Positions 20,483 to 31,448 of a DNA stretch of 64,000 nucleotides are shown one piece after another. Origin of the DNA: Vulcanimicrobiota bacterium (GTDB taxonomy: Bacteria; Vulcanimicrobiota; Vulcanimicrobiia; Vulcanimicrobiales; Vulcanimicrobiaceae); NCBI GenBank assembly GCA_963733295.1, contig CAVTCS010000005.1, positions 96,001 to 160,000 of the forward strand, read 5' to 3'. The translations under genes and the position numbers were made by a program. The notes below the pieces were generated by a model, which saw only the letters and a list, made by a program, of their open reading frames with translations, was not told the origin of the DNA and did not search any database. How positions within the stretch are numbered: position 1 is the stretch's first letter; the number at the start of each line of letters is the position of its first letter.

Positions 20483-23379
20483 CTCAGCCTCGCCACCCGC
20501 GTCCGACGTCGGCTGCCGTTCCGCGTCGTCCACTGGATCAACGCTAATACGAACGCTGCGGCGTTGGCGAGCGGCGCTCTCCCGCGCGCGAGCTACAAAC
20601 TCAAAGGTCTGAACTGCAGCAGCGAGCATCCCGCCATACGGATCTCCGGGCGGTAGCCGCACGAGGTGGCCATGGGAGTACGTAAACAGCGTGCCGTCGC
20701 CCCATTGTCCGCCGGCGATGAAGCGGTGCCCCATATGCGACGCAAACTCGAGCACGACAAACCCGTAATGGGGACCGATCTCTTTCACCGTCACAACGCC
20801 ACCGCCGATAACGGCCCAATCTCGCCGGCGGTCCTCCCCACGTGACGCTGCCGCCAACGTTCACTAACACGGTTTCGCCGTCGTCGCTGCGCGCGATCAC
20901 CGCAGCCGCCTGCGGGAGCCCCTGATCCCAACGTTGCGCATCGCTTTGAATCCGAAACTCAAAACTGTACGGTCCAATCTCGGCGCGCACCGGCAAATCC
21001 GGATTTCCCGCCTGCGTGAGCGGCCCGAGCGTCACGAAACCGGAGGTTACGGGATCGCCGATCGACCCTTCCGGCTGCGCGATCTGACCCGGATCCAGCC
21101 ATCCCAATGTCACCAGAGTGTCCGACGATGCGCGAGGCCCAGCCGGCCCGTAGGTCGGGTGAGCCCCAAATTCCCCGGCATACACGCCGGCCCCCATGAT
21201 GTCGTACGGATCCGACGAGAACGGCGCAAGCCCCAGCGTTTGCCCGATCGCCGAAGCCAACGTCGCGTGCGTGAGATGATTGCTTCCCAACTCGATCACT
21301 CCGTAGGTCAGGTTGCCGGCGGAGATCCCGGTACTCTTCTCCGTTCCGCAATCGGGCATAAAGTCGGTCGCATTTCCCGATCGCAGAACCATCTCACCCA
21401 CGGTTACCGACGGCAGCGGGCGTATTGCGCACCACGATAAATCCGGTAAAGTTCCGCCAATCGAAATACACCGGCGTATCGTTCGTATTGGTCGGATTCT
21501 TCAGGCTCAAAACGGCTGCAATCGTACGGGTAACGCGATCGGTGAACAGTCTTGCTTGATCCACAGCGGATGGATCGGCAAGCCGGATCCACCCGTCGTT
21601 CTGGTTCGGATCGAACGCGATATCGCCGCCCGCGACGAAGAATTTGCCACCCGCCATCTCATTCCAAAACTGCTGGACGCCTTCCGGGCCGCTCAACAGC
21701 GCCAACGCATCGGGCATTTTTGACGGATCCGTGCCGTCCGGGTACACGGTGCGTAGGATCAGCCAGCGCTGAAAACGATTGACGATCGATTCGCCGGTGT
21801 TGGTGACGCGTAGCGTCGCCGAAGGCGGCTCGCCTGTCATCGTCTCGACCTCGATGCGCACGCCGCCCAACCCGTGCCGGTCTTCGAACCATTCACCCGC
21901 CTCCAAGTGCGGGCGCCCGGTGGGCATCATCAATCGCGTCGGTAGCATCGGCGTCATGTCGTAGACCGCGATGCCCGCCGACAAGCCGTCGGCCGCGAGC
22001 GATTGACGATTCGGCCCGTCGCCGTCCTGAAGGTTCTTATCCCACGACTTGAGATCTCGCATCTCGATGAGACACCGTCCCGCGAGGATGCCGGAAACTC
22101 CGGGGACGGTCGTATCGTGAGGAGGGCGAATCGTGTACACGGTTCCCTCGGCCGTGATCGGCGCGGTGACCACGCTCGAAAGATCGGCCAGTCCTCCGGC
22201 CGTGACCAGGTGATGCAACGCCAGCCCGGGCCCGGATTGTCCGAGCGTCGCGTCGACGTCGGTGGGCGCCGGCGTCACCGAGTCGCAGTTCATCGCGCTC
22301 ATGATGGTCCACCGATCGCCGTACGCTGACGGAAGACAATCGTCGGCGAGGTCGAGGCTCTGCACGCGCCAGCCCAAACCATGTTGAAAACCATACGCGT
22401 GCCCCATCTCGTGGGCCAGAAACGTCCGATCGTACGCCGCACGGTCGAGCCGCGGAAACGTCAGCTCGGTCGCGTCGAGGACGTGATTCACTTTCGTCGC
22501 CGGACAGATGAGATTCGTCGCCGGCGAGATCACGGTCGTGCTGCCGGTCACGGTTTTCGTGCCGTGCGTAACGATTCCGCAATTCGTACAGCGATACAGG
22601 TTGCGCCCGTCACCGCCGTTTAGCGGATCGGCCCACAGCATCGCGTAGTAGGGCGAACCGGCTGCGGCGGCATGCCGCGCACCAGCCGCGCACGTCACGC
22701 TCCCGGTTTCCATCGACCCGTCGAACAAGCATCCGCACTTCCAGCACGCCGCAAACCCGCCGAGTGTCCCGGCGACAAGCGCATCCGTGCACACACCGAA
22801 GACGGGGATCGTTCCATCAGGATAGGCACCGGGCCGCGTGTGGCCGGCACCAGCGCTGGTGTTGGTGCAGGGCAGGTCGAAGCCAAGCGGTGCGATCATC
22901 GACGTGCAATTTTGGCACTGCTGCCAGCCCGATTCGGCCCAGTCGAGTCCCGACGTCGCGCCGTCGAGCCCATACGCCACGTCCGCCCCGGAAAACCCGC
23001 CGTTTACGGAAAAATTATAGACCGCAATCACGCCGCGGAAATCGGCGAGTATTTCCGGAGTGTTGTGATTCACCAATATTTGGCGAGCCTGTGCAACGAC
23101 GGTCGGCCGTGGCACCGACGCAGTGACACCGGGATGAATCGGCGTCAGGAATTCGGGGGGCGATGTATGTATTGCCCACCCGCACGGATACCACCCGAAA
23201 ACCTTCGAAGCCGTAAGATCGACAGCGCCGTACGTCTGATCGCGCCAAAACGTCGACAAGCTTCGCGGGTTGCTTACGAAGAGGTCGTACATACTCGTGA
23301 CGATCTTGGGATCGGGATGCGACCCTTCGAGTTGGCAGAGCACGATTGCCCAAGGTAGGGTCGGGTTAGTAATCGCCAC
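20456..23379 (-). pseudogene. Metzincin (M11/M6-like) metalloprotease with CCCH repeats and a duplicated, inactive second protease domain, split by two frameshifts (about 21405 and 20817)
   Basis: HEMGHAYGFQH plus Met-turn WTIMS. A second domain copy (RWLIL..FWNEM..ASAIGQTLGL..DPYDIMG..GPAGP..FEFR..WDQGL) crosses the frame break. GTG 23379 after AGGAG. Confidence 0.7.
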
Positions 23380-23553
23380 AGCAGCTCCTATCGCGGCACT
23401 CGGATCCTCGCATCTGCGCGATGCTCGCCGTCCGATACCCGCCAGGCTAACAATACGCCGCAATCCGGCAAAAGCGCCTGCGTTCTAAAATCCTTTCCGC
23501 ACGAAATGCTCGAACGCCGGCGCGCGCTGGCTACGAAAAAGCTCCCTCGCGCT

Positions 23554-24936
23554 TTACCCGCCCGTTGGCCGAGCCGGAGATTTCTCGCCGAGCGGACGGG
23601 CTGGGTTTCCGGCGACGCGTTCGCCCGGCGCGACGTCGTGCGTAACGACCGCACCGGCTCCGGTGAGCGCGCCGTCACCGATTTCGACCGGCGCGACCAG
23701 CGAAGTGTTCGAGCCGATCGACACGTCCTTGCCGATCTTGGTGCGGTTCTTCTTGCGCCCGTCGAAGTTGCACGTGATCGTACCGGCACCGATGTTGCTG
23801 CGCTCGCCGACCTCGGCGTCGCCGATGTAGCTCAAGTGGCTCGCCTTGACGCCCGGCGCGAACGTCGCGTTCTTGACCTCGACGAAGTTGCCGATGCGCG
23901 CGCCGGTACCGATGGAACTGCCGCTACGCACGTGCGCCCACGGTCCGACGTACGAGAAATCCCCGATGCTCGAATCGACGACGATGCTGTCGGAGATGAC
24001 GACTTGCGCTCCGATCCGCGCGTTTTGCAAGCGCGCGTTCGGTCCAATCTCGCTGTTCGAGCCGATCGACGAACGCCGCCCGATCGTCGTGTTGGGCAAG
24101 ATCGTCACGTCGGGCGCGATGTCGATGTCGGGCTCTAAATAGGTCGTTTGAGGATCGGCGATCGTGACGCCGTGACGCATGTGACGCTCGCACAAACGAC
24201 GGTTGAGAAGGGCGGCGGCGGCGGCGAGTTCGATCCGGTCGTTGACGCCGAGCACGCTGCGATGGTCGGACGCTTCGACGGGCACGACCGTCTCGCCGCG
24301 AGCGACGAGGTTCGCGATCGAATCGGTCAGATAATATTCGCCCTGCGCGTTGTCGGTGCCCAGCTCGGCAATCGCGGCGCGCAGTTTGTTTTCGTCGAAC
24401 GCGTACAACCCGGCGTTCATCTCGTCGAGCGCGAGTTCGTCGTCGCTGGCATCGCGCGCCTCGACGATCCGAGCTACCTTGTCGCCGTCCCGCACGATGC
24501 GTCCGAAACTGGAGGGCAGCGGCATCCGCGCAGTGACCAACGCGAGCGCGCGTTCGGCGCTGCGCGCTTCGAGAGTCCGCCGTATCAAATCCGCTTCGAC
24601 CAGCGGCATGTCGCCGTTGAGCACGAGCAGCGTCGCGCCTTCGTGCGGAACGAGTTCCCGCAGCGCGACGCCGACCGCGTGTCCGGTGCCGAGCTGTGGT
24701 TCCTGCAGCGCGGTGATGACCGCGGCGCGCCCGGCGTCGGTCGCGAGCGCCGGGACCTGCGCCGCAACCTCCGCGCTCGTAACCACGAGAATGTCGAGGA
24801 CGCCCGCGTCGTCGAGCGCGCGGAGGACGTGCCACAGGATCGCGCGTCCGCAAAGCTCGTGCAGCATCTTCGGCCGCTCGCTCCGCATCCGCGTTCCCTT
24901 ACCCGCCGCGAGCACGACCGCGCGAACGGTGCTCAA
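23554..24936 (-). CDS. glmU: Bifunctional UDP-GlcNAc diphosphorylase / glucosamine-1-phosphate acetyltransferase
   Basis: LAAGKGTRM, QLGTGHAV, GEYYLTD, hexapeptide repeats, HLSYIGDA; TTGA overlap with the gltX stop. Confidence 0.97.
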   Translation of the reverse strand: MSTVRAVVLAAGKGTRMRSERPKMLHELCGRAILWHVLRALDDAGVLDILVVTSAEVAAQVPALATDAGRAAVITALQEPQLGTGHAVGVALRELVPHEGATLLVLNGDMPLVEADLIRRTLEARSAERALALVTARMPLPSSFGRIVRDGDKVARIVEARDASDDELALDEMNAGLYAFDENKLRAAIAELGTDNAQGEYYLTDSIANLVARGETVVPVEASDHRSVLGVNDRIELAAAAALLNRRLCERHMRHGVTIADPQTTYLEPDIDIAPDVTILPNTTIGRRSSIGSNSEIGPNARLQNARIGAQVVISDSIVVDSSIGDFSYVGPWAHVRSGSSIGTGARIGNFVEVKNATFAPGVKASHLSYIGDAEVGERSNIGAGTITCNFDGRKKNRTKIGKDVSIGSNTSLVAPVEIGDGALTGAGAVVTHDVAPGERVAGNPARPLGEKSPARPTGG

Positions 24937-26456
24937 AGGACCGGCTCCGGCACATCCGCCTCCGCCGAGTCGAGTGCGGACTCGGCGAGACTCTCTTTCT
25001 TCCAAAGCTCGCGCTGGGCCGAACTTGCGCCGCCGAGGACCTCGAGCGCGTTGCGCACGCGCTCGCGGACGATATCGCGTCCGAGCAGTTCCATCGAATT
25101 GAAGAGCGGCAGCGAGGCCGGCTGGCCGCTGACCGCGACGTAGAATGGCCGCACGAGGTCACGAAACTTGAGGCCCGTATTCGCGGCGAGCCGGCGCAGC
25201 GCGCCTTCGATCGTGGGAAGCTCCCACGACTCGAGCCGGTCGAACTCGTCGAGCGCCAGCACGAAAAGTTTGCGGATCGTATCGTCTTCGAGTTTTCCTT
25301 CGAGCAACGTTTCCTTGGCGACGTGCAGCCGGCCGGCAAACAAGAAGCTGGTCAGCGGTCCTAAATCAGAAAGACGCTCGATGCGGGATTGCGCGAGCGA
25401 CGCGATCGCCTCCAAAAAAGGCGGGTTGAGCGCCCACTCGCGAACGCGCTCGGAAAAGGCCGCTGCATCGAGGCGTTCGCGAAGATAGCGGCCGTTGAGC
25501 CAGTCGAGCTTCGCAACGTCGAAGATCGGACCGCCCAGAGAAATGTGGTCGAGTCCGAACCGGCCGACCATCGTCGGCATGTCCATGATCTCCTCACCGT
25601 CGTGCGGCGGCACGCTGAAAAGCCCGAGAAAGTTCGCGAACGCTTCGGGCAAGTATCCCATCCGCTTGTAGAACAGAATGCTCGTCGGATTCTTGCGTTT
25701 GCTCAGCTTGCTCCGGTCGGCGTTGCGCAGCAGCGGCAGGTGCCCGAGTTCGGGCATCTGCCAGCCGAAATACTCGTACAACAAGGCGTGTTTCGGAGCC
25801 GACGAGAGCCACTCTTCGCCTCGCAAGACGTGCGTGATCTCCATTAGGTGATCGTCGACGACGTTGGCGAGATGATAGGTCGGCCAGCCGTCGGACTTGA
25901 CCAGGATCTGCTTGTCGACCGTGTGCCAGTCGAACGTGATCGGGCCGCGCATGAGGTCGTGGATCGTGCACGTCCCCTCGCGCGGAACCTTCAGCCGCAC
26001 CGTGAACGGTTTGCCGGCCGCCTCGTTCGCCGCGATCTCGCGCGCATCGAGCTTGAGGCAATGGCCGTCGTATCCCGTCGGAACCTTACGGCGTTCTTGC
26101 TCGCGGCGCATCGCATCGAGCCGCTCCGGCGTGCAGAAGCATTTGAAAGCGTGGCCCGCGTCGAGCAAGACCTGCGCGTACTTCGCATAGAGCGGAAGAC
26201 GCTCGCTCTGCCGGTAAGGACCGTGCGGTCCGCCGACGTCCGGACCTTCGTCCCACGTAACGCCGAGCCAATGGAGCGCTTCGAGGATGACGCTCTCGGA
26301 GGCGGTTGTGCTGCGCGCACGATCCGTATCCTCGATGCGCAGAACGAAATCGCCACTGTGATGTTTGGCGTACAGGTAATTGATCAGCGCGGCGTACGCC
26401 GTTCCCACGTGAGGATCGCCCGTCGGCGAGGGCGCGATGCGGGTCCGCACGGTCAT
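24933..26456 (-). CDS. gltX: Glutamate--tRNA ligase
   Basis: RIAPSPTGDPHVG (HIGH), LRIEDTD, RGEEW, KLSKR. Confidence 0.97.
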   Translation of the reverse strand: MTVRTRIAPSPTGDPHVGTAYAALINYLYAKHHSGDFVLRIEDTDRARSTTASESVILEALHWLGVTWDEGPDVGGPHGPYRQSERLPLYAKYAQVLLDAGHAFKCFCTPERLDAMRREQERRKVPTGYDGHCLKLDAREIAANEAAGKPFTVRLKVPREGTCTIHDLMRGPITFDWHTVDKQILVKSDGWPTYHLANVVDDHLMEITHVLRGEEWLSSAPKHALLYEYFGWQMPELGHLPLLRNADRSKLSKRKNPTSILFYKRMGYLPEAFANFLGLFSVPPHDGEEIMDMPTMVGRFGLDHISLGGPIFDVAKLDWLNGRYLRERLDAAAFSERVREWALNPPFLEAIASLAQSRIERLSDLGPLTSFLFAGRLHVAKETLLEGKLEDDTIRKLFVLALDEFDRLESWELPTIEGALRRLAANTGLKFRDLVRPFYVAVSGQPASLPLFNSMELLGRDIVRERVRNALEVLGGASSAQRELWKKESLAESALDSAEADVPEPVL

Positions 26457-26466
26457 CGAAACGTCG

Positions 26467-26886
26467 CTACCCGACCAGTTCGCGGCGCTTGCCGCACTCG
26501 CGCTCGACGAACTCGACGATCTCCGAGAGCGGAGCGCCGGGCGTAAAGATCTCGCGCACGCCGATCGCCTTCAACTCGCGCGCGTCGTCGGCCGGAATCG
26601 TTCCCCCGCCGAAAAAAACGATGTCGCCTGCGTCCTGAGCTTTGAGCTGCGCCAGGACTTCGGGGAAGAGCGTCATGTGCGCGCCCGACAGGATCGAGAG
26701 ACCGATGCCGTCGGCGTCCTCCTGAATCGCCGTCTGCACGATCTGCTCGGGAGTCTGGAAAAGCCCGGTATAGATGACTTCCATCCCGGCGTCGCGCAGC
26801 GCGCGCGCGATCACTTTGGCGCCCCGGTCGTGGCCGTCGAGGCCGGCCTTGGCGACGATGACCCGCAGCGGTCGTTCCGTTGGCAT
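26467..26886 (-). CDS. Cobalamin-binding small subunit of acyl-CoA mutase (IcmB-like)
   Basis: GLDGHDRG (DxHxxG), SILSGAH, GGGTIP; ATG 26886. Confidence 0.93.
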   Translation of the reverse strand: MPTERPLRVIVAKAGLDGHDRGAKVIARALRDAGMEVIYTGLFQTPEQIVQTAIQEDADGIGLSILSGAHMTLFPEVLAQLKAQDAGDIVFFGGGTIPADDARELKAIGVREIFTPGAPLSEIVEFVERECGKRRELVG

Positions 26887-27081
26887 AACCCAGCGGTTTT
26901 CTCGCCCGAAGTCCCGGTTCCCGGGCGCCCTTGCGCTTTGAGCGCCGAATGTGAAGCGGTGCTCCACGGGCAGAATGCTGCAAAATGCGGGAGACGATCT
27001 TCGACATTTCGCAAGAAGAAAACGCGCGCGATCCCCAAAGCGGGCGACAAGAGAAGCGAAAGGTGCGACGAACCCAGCCGC

Positions 27082-28131
27082 ATGCCACGAGCTTCGTTTC
27101 AGCGACTCGGGATCGTTCTCGCCCCCTCCGGCATCCCGGAGGAATCCGAAGGCACGATCAATCCCGCCAGCGCGCGAGCGCCGAATGGCGAATTACTGCT
27201 GCTGCCCCGCGCGGTAGGGGCCGGCAACGTGTCGCGAATCGAGCGCTGCACCTCGTCATGGTCGGGCGACGTGGTCGAGTTCCAGCGTGGCGGCTTCGCT
27301 CTCGAGCCGGTCGCGCCGTACGAACTCCGTTCGGAGCCCGGCGGTTACGGTTGCGAGGATCCGCGCGTCACCTTCGTTCCCTCGCTCGGACGCTATCTGA
27401 TGGCGTACTGCGCATTCGGTCCGACTGGGCCCCGCATCGCAATCGCGCTTTCGGAGGACGGCTGGGAGTGGACGCGTCTGGGTCTCGTCGACTTCGAACG
27501 AACCGACGGCTACGGCGACAAGGACGCGGCCTTTTTCCCCGAGATTGTGAACTCGCCGAGCGGCGTGCCGTCGTTCGCACTCTTGCACCGTCCCACGTTG
27601 TACCAATCGATCGCGGTGGGTCGCGCAATCATTCCCGCGATCCTGGAGCTGCCGCCGAGCGAACGCGAAAGCATCTGCACCGCGTACTTTCCGGCCGATG
27701 CCGTCCTTGCCGACATTCGCGCGCTGCTGCAACCCAAGGAGATGCGGGTTCTGATGGAACCGGACGGCGCGTGGGGTACGATCAAGATCGGCACGGGACC
27801 GCCGCCGGTGCGCATCCCGGCAGGCTGGCTCTTGGTGTATCACGGTATCGATCCGCTGCCCGGATATGAAGACGCCGACCGGCCGGCGTTGCAATATCGC
27901 GTCGGCGTCGTTCTGCTCGATGCCGGCGCGCCGCACATCGTGCGCTATCGTTCGCCGGAACCCATCTTCGCGCCCGAACTACCGGAGGAATGCGAAGGAG
28001 TCGTCGACGACGTCGTCTTTCCGACCGCGATCGATTCGCGCCAAGATCTCGGCCCGAACCTCCACGATATCTACTACGGAATGGCCGACTTCCGGATCGG
28101 TCGCGGCCGCCTCGAGTTCGACCCGGACTAG
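27082..28131 (+). CDS. Glycoside hydrolase family 130-like (five-bladed propeller glycosidase/phosphorylase)
   Basis: [44 protein letters not shown]. Confidence 0.88.
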   Translation: MPRASFQRLGIVLAPSGIPEESEGTINPASARAPNGELLLLPRAVGAGNVSRIERCTSSWSGDVVEFQRGGFALEPVAPYELRSEPGGYGCEDPRVTFVPSLGRYLMAYCAFGPTGPRIAIALSEDGWEWTRLGLVDFERTDGYGDKDAAFFPEIVNSPSGVPSFALLHRPTLYQSIAVGRAIIPAILELPPSERESICTAYFPADAVLADIRALLQPKEMRVLMEPDGAWGTIKIGTGPPPVRIPAGWLLVYHGIDPLPGYEDADRPALQYRVGVVLLDAGAPHIVRYRSPEPIFAPELPEECEGVVDDVVFPTAIDSRQDLGPNLHDIYYGMADFRIGRGRLEFDPD

Positions 28132-29840
28132 AAGGCCGGACGCTCCGTGTACCGTCCGTAGACCGAGGCCATCGCTGCGACGATTTCGCCTTCGGTTGCG
28201 AACGCGTTGACCGCGTCGATGAGCGGCGGCATCACGTTGCTGCGCTCGTCGGCGCAAGCGCGCTTGAGCGCGGCGAGCGCCTCCTCGACCTTTTCCGCGT
28301 CGCGGCCGGCACGGACCTCGGCGACCGCGCGGGCCTGGCCGCGTTCGATCTCCGGCGTGATCTTCAGCAGGTCGAGATCCCCTTCACCCTCGTCTTTCGT
28401 GAAGGCGTTGACTCCGACGATGACGCGGTCTCTGTTTTCGAGCGAGCGCTGATAGCGGTACGACGCGTCCGCGATCTCGTGCTGGAAGAACCCGGCCTCG
28501 ATCGCTTCGATGACGCCGCCATAACCCTCGATCTGCTGGAAGTACGCTTCGGCTTGGCGCTCCATCTCGTCGGTGAGGTTTTCGATGAAATACGAGCCGC
28601 CCAGCGGGTCGACCACGTTCGTGACGTTCGTCTCGTAGGCGAGTACCTGTTGCGTGCGCAGGGCGATCTCCACGCTTTTCTCGGTCGGAAGCGCGAGGAC
28701 TTCATCCATCGAGTTGGTGTGAAGCGACTGAGTTCCGCCCAAGACCGCGGCTAAGGCCTCGTACGCCACGCGCACGATGTTGTTCTCGGGCTGTTGCGCG
28801 GTCGCGCTGCAACCCGCGGTCTGCGTGTGGAAACGCAGCGTCCACGAGCGCGGATCCTTGGCCCCATACTTCTCGCGCATGCGCCGCGCGTAGATGCGGC
28901 GGGCGGCGCGGAACTTGCAAACCTCTTCGAAAAAGTCGATGTGCGAGTTGAAAAAGAACGACAGGCGCGGCGCGAACGAGTCGACGTCCAGACCCGCCTT
29001 CATCGCTTCCTCGACGTAAAGGAAGCCGTCGGCGAGCGTAAAGGCCAGCTCTTGCACCGCGGTCGAGCCGGCTTCGCGAATGTGGTAGCCCGAAACCGAA
29101 ATCGTGTTCCAGCGCGGCATCTCGGCGGTGCAGAACTTCATCATGTCGACGATGATGCGCACGTGTGGTCGCGGCGGAAAGATCCACTCCTTCTGCGCGA
29201 TGTATTCTTTGAGGATGTCCGCTTGCAGCGTTCCGCCGAGCTTGCTGCGCGGGATGCCCTTGCTCTCGGCGGTCGCGATGTACTGCGCCAGGGCGATCGC
29301 GGCCGGCCCGTTGATCGTCATCGACGTCGTGATCTCGCCCAGGTCGATACCGTCGAAGAGCGTTTGCATGTCCTTGAGCGAGTCGATCGCGACGCCGCAG
29401 CGTCCGACTTCTCCGCGAGCTTGCGCGGCATCGGAATCGTAGCCCATCAGCGTCGGCATGTCGAACGCGACCGACAGCCCCATCTGTCCCTGCGAGAGCA
29501 AGAAGTGATAGCGTTCGTTCGTCTGTTTCGCGTTCCCGAAACCGGCGAACTGGCGCATCGTCCAAAGCCGGTCGCGGTACATGCCCGGGTGAATGCCGCG
29601 CGTGTACGGGTATTCGCCGGGATAGGCCAGATCGCGCGCGAGATCGAGGTGCGCGACGTCTTCGGGACCGTAGATCGGCTTGAGCGGCAAGTCGGAGATC
29701 GTGCGGTCGGTTGCGCCCGAGCCGGGATCGCTGCGGCGCCGCGAACGCGCGAGCGCAGACTCCCAGCGCTCCTTCTGCCGCTCGAACTCGGAGTTCGGCT
29801 TCGCGCCGAGCCCGGTCGCGCGATCGATCATCTTAGCCAC
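28128..29840 (-). CDS. B12-dependent acyl-CoA mutase large subunit with isobutyryl-CoA mutase-type signature
   Basis: [45 protein letters not shown]; no fused B12 domain. Confidence 0.92.
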   Translation of the reverse strand: MAKMIDRATGLGAKPNSEFERQKERWESALARSRRRSDPGSGATDRTISDLPLKPIYGPEDVAHLDLARDLAYPGEYPYTRGIHPGMYRDRLWTMRQFAGFGNAKQTNERYHFLLSQGQMGLSVAFDMPTLMGYDSDAAQARGEVGRCGVAIDSLKDMQTLFDGIDLGEITTSMTINGPAAIALAQYIATAESKGIPRSKLGGTLQADILKEYIAQKEWIFPPRPHVRIIVDMMKFCTAEMPRWNTISVSGYHIREAGSTAVQELAFTLADGFLYVEEAMKAGLDVDSFAPRLSFFFNSHIDFFEEVCKFRAARRIYARRMREKYGAKDPRSWTLRFHTQTAGCSATAQQPENNIVRVAYEALAAVLGGTQSLHTNSMDEVLALPTEKSVEIALRTQQVLAYETNVTNVVDPLGGSYFIENLTDEMERQAEAYFQQIEGYGGVIEAIEAGFFQHEIADASYRYQRSLENRDRVIVGVNAFTKDEGEGDLDLLKITPEIERGQARAVAEVRAGRDAEKVEEALAALKRACADERSNVMPPLIDAVNAFATEGEIVAAMASVYGRYTERPAF

Positions 29841-29909
29841 GCGTTCTGATTCCCCTCAAGTCCTTCCGTAAGACGAGCGACGTTCGACGGATGGCAAAAC
29901 TCTTCCGCG

Positions 29910-31385
29910 CTACGGCGTGACCGGTGCGCGAAGGCGAGCCTTCACGACCTTGCCCAGCGCGTTGCGCGGCAGTTCGTCGATCAGATACACGGCTTTGGGC
30001 ACTTTGAAACTGGCCAGGTTCTCGCGCAAATCGGCCATCAGCGCCTCCCCGGAAAAACCGGCTTCGGCCTCGACGAAGGCGACCGGCAGCTCGCCGCGAG
30101 CCGGGTCGGGCATTCCGACGACCGCCGCCGCGCGCACCCCCGGGTAACGCTGGATCTCGTCTTCGACCTCGAGCGGATACACGTTGAAGCCGCCGCTGAT
30201 GATCAGTTCCTTGAGGCGTCCGACGATCCGATAGACGTCGTTTTCCGCGTCGTAGCTGGCGAGGTCGCCGCTGCGATACCAGCGCGTTCCGTCGGGGTCG
30301 ATTGCGAAGGCAGCCTCCGTCACCTCCGGCAGATTCCAGTATCCCGCGAAGGCGCCCGGGCTCGCCACGAGCAACTCGCCGACCTCGCCCGGCGTTACGC
30401 GTTCGAGCGTTTCCGGCGTGACGATCGCGACGCGCACGCCGGGCATCGGCACACCGACCGAGCCGGCAACGCGCGGGCCTCCGTACCGGTTGCCCAACGT
30501 AAAGCCGAACTCCGTCGCGCCGTAGCGCTCCAGGATCTGCGCCCCGAACCTTCGCTCGAAGGCACGGTACACGTCAGCCGAGAGCGCGGCCGAGCCGGAC
30601 ACGAAAAGGCGCATCGGCGGCAACGCGGGTCCGGGGCCACGCTCGAGCAGCCGAACGTACATCGTCGGCACGCCGAAGAACATCGTGAACTCGCCACTGC
30701 CCAGCTGCTCGAGAATGCGCTCCGCATCGAAGCGTTCGTCGACGACGAGGCGCGCGCCGGCTGCGAGCGTTCCGTTCAAGGCCGCCCCGAGCCCGTGCAT
30801 GTGAAAGAGCGGCAACGCGATCAAGAGCGCATCGTCCGCCTGCCAGCGCCAAGTCGCGACGAGTTGCGCGGCAATCGCACCGAAACTCGCGTGCGTTTGC
30901 ATCGCGCCCTTCGAGCGGCCGGTCGTGCCGCTCGTGTACATGATCACCGCAACGTCGTCGGGGCCGGGTTTCGGCGGCGTCGCTTGCGGAATCGACGGAT
31001 CCTCCGCCCAGCGCTCGACATCGGCGACGTCGAGGGTAGCCGGTGCGTGCTCGACGGCTGCAACGTGCGGGACCGTTTGCGCGGAGACGACGACGCGCGC
31101 CGCCCGCGAATCCTCCAGCACGTGCGCGAGATCGTGCGCCCGATACAAGATGTTGGCCGGCACGAGGACGAGACCCAGGCGCAGTCCGGCTAAGTACGCA
31201 TAGACGAAGCCGATGCGGTTTTCGACGTAGAGCGCGAGGCGGTCGCCGCGTCGCAGGCCGAGTTCGCTCAGCTTCGTGGCGACGCGCCGCGCACCGGCAT
31301 GCAGGTCCTCGTAACTAACGGTGCCGTAAGCAGGGTACGCAGCGCGGTCGGCCAGAGCGCTGTCGAAAAGGTCGAGCAAAGTCAT
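29910..31385 (-). CDS. Acyl-CoA synthetase (MatB/malonyl-CoA synthetase-like)
   Basis: YTSGTTGRSKG, LPLFHMHGL, ERYGATE, SGD, GRLKELIISGG, LPRNALGK. Confidence 0.9.
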   Translation of the reverse strand: MTLLDLFDSALADRAAYPAYGTVSYEDLHAGARRVATKLSELGLRRGDRLALYVENRIGFVYAYLAGLRLGLVLVPANILYRAHDLAHVLEDSRAARVVVSAQTVPHVAAVEHAPATLDVADVERWAEDPSIPQATPPKPGPDDVAVIMYTSGTTGRSKGAMQTHASFGAIAAQLVATWRWQADDALLIALPLFHMHGLGAALNGTLAAGARLVVDERFDAERILEQLGSGEFTMFFGVPTMYVRLLERGPGPALPPMRLFVSGSAALSADVYRAFERRFGAQILERYGATEFGFTLGNRYGGPRVAGSVGVPMPGVRVAIVTPETLERVTPGEVGELLVASPGAFAGYWNLPEVTEAAFAIDPDGTRWYRSGDLASYDAENDVYRIVGRLKELIISGGFNVYPLEVEDEIQRYPGVRAAAVVGMPDPARGELPVAFVEAEAGFSGEALMADLRENLASFKVPKAVYLIDELPRNALGKVVKARLRAPVTP

Positions 31386-31448
31386 CGCTGTCGAGTCCGC
31401 TACCGGTCGGGCAAGCGCCTGCTATCACGGCGTCGAATTTCGTCACTC

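Noticed and set aside
20812..20822. GATTGG as a systematic frameshift or error motif (shared with 56042-56047)
   Set aside because: The same hexamer occurs in intact genes elsewhere in the window, so two cases are not enough.
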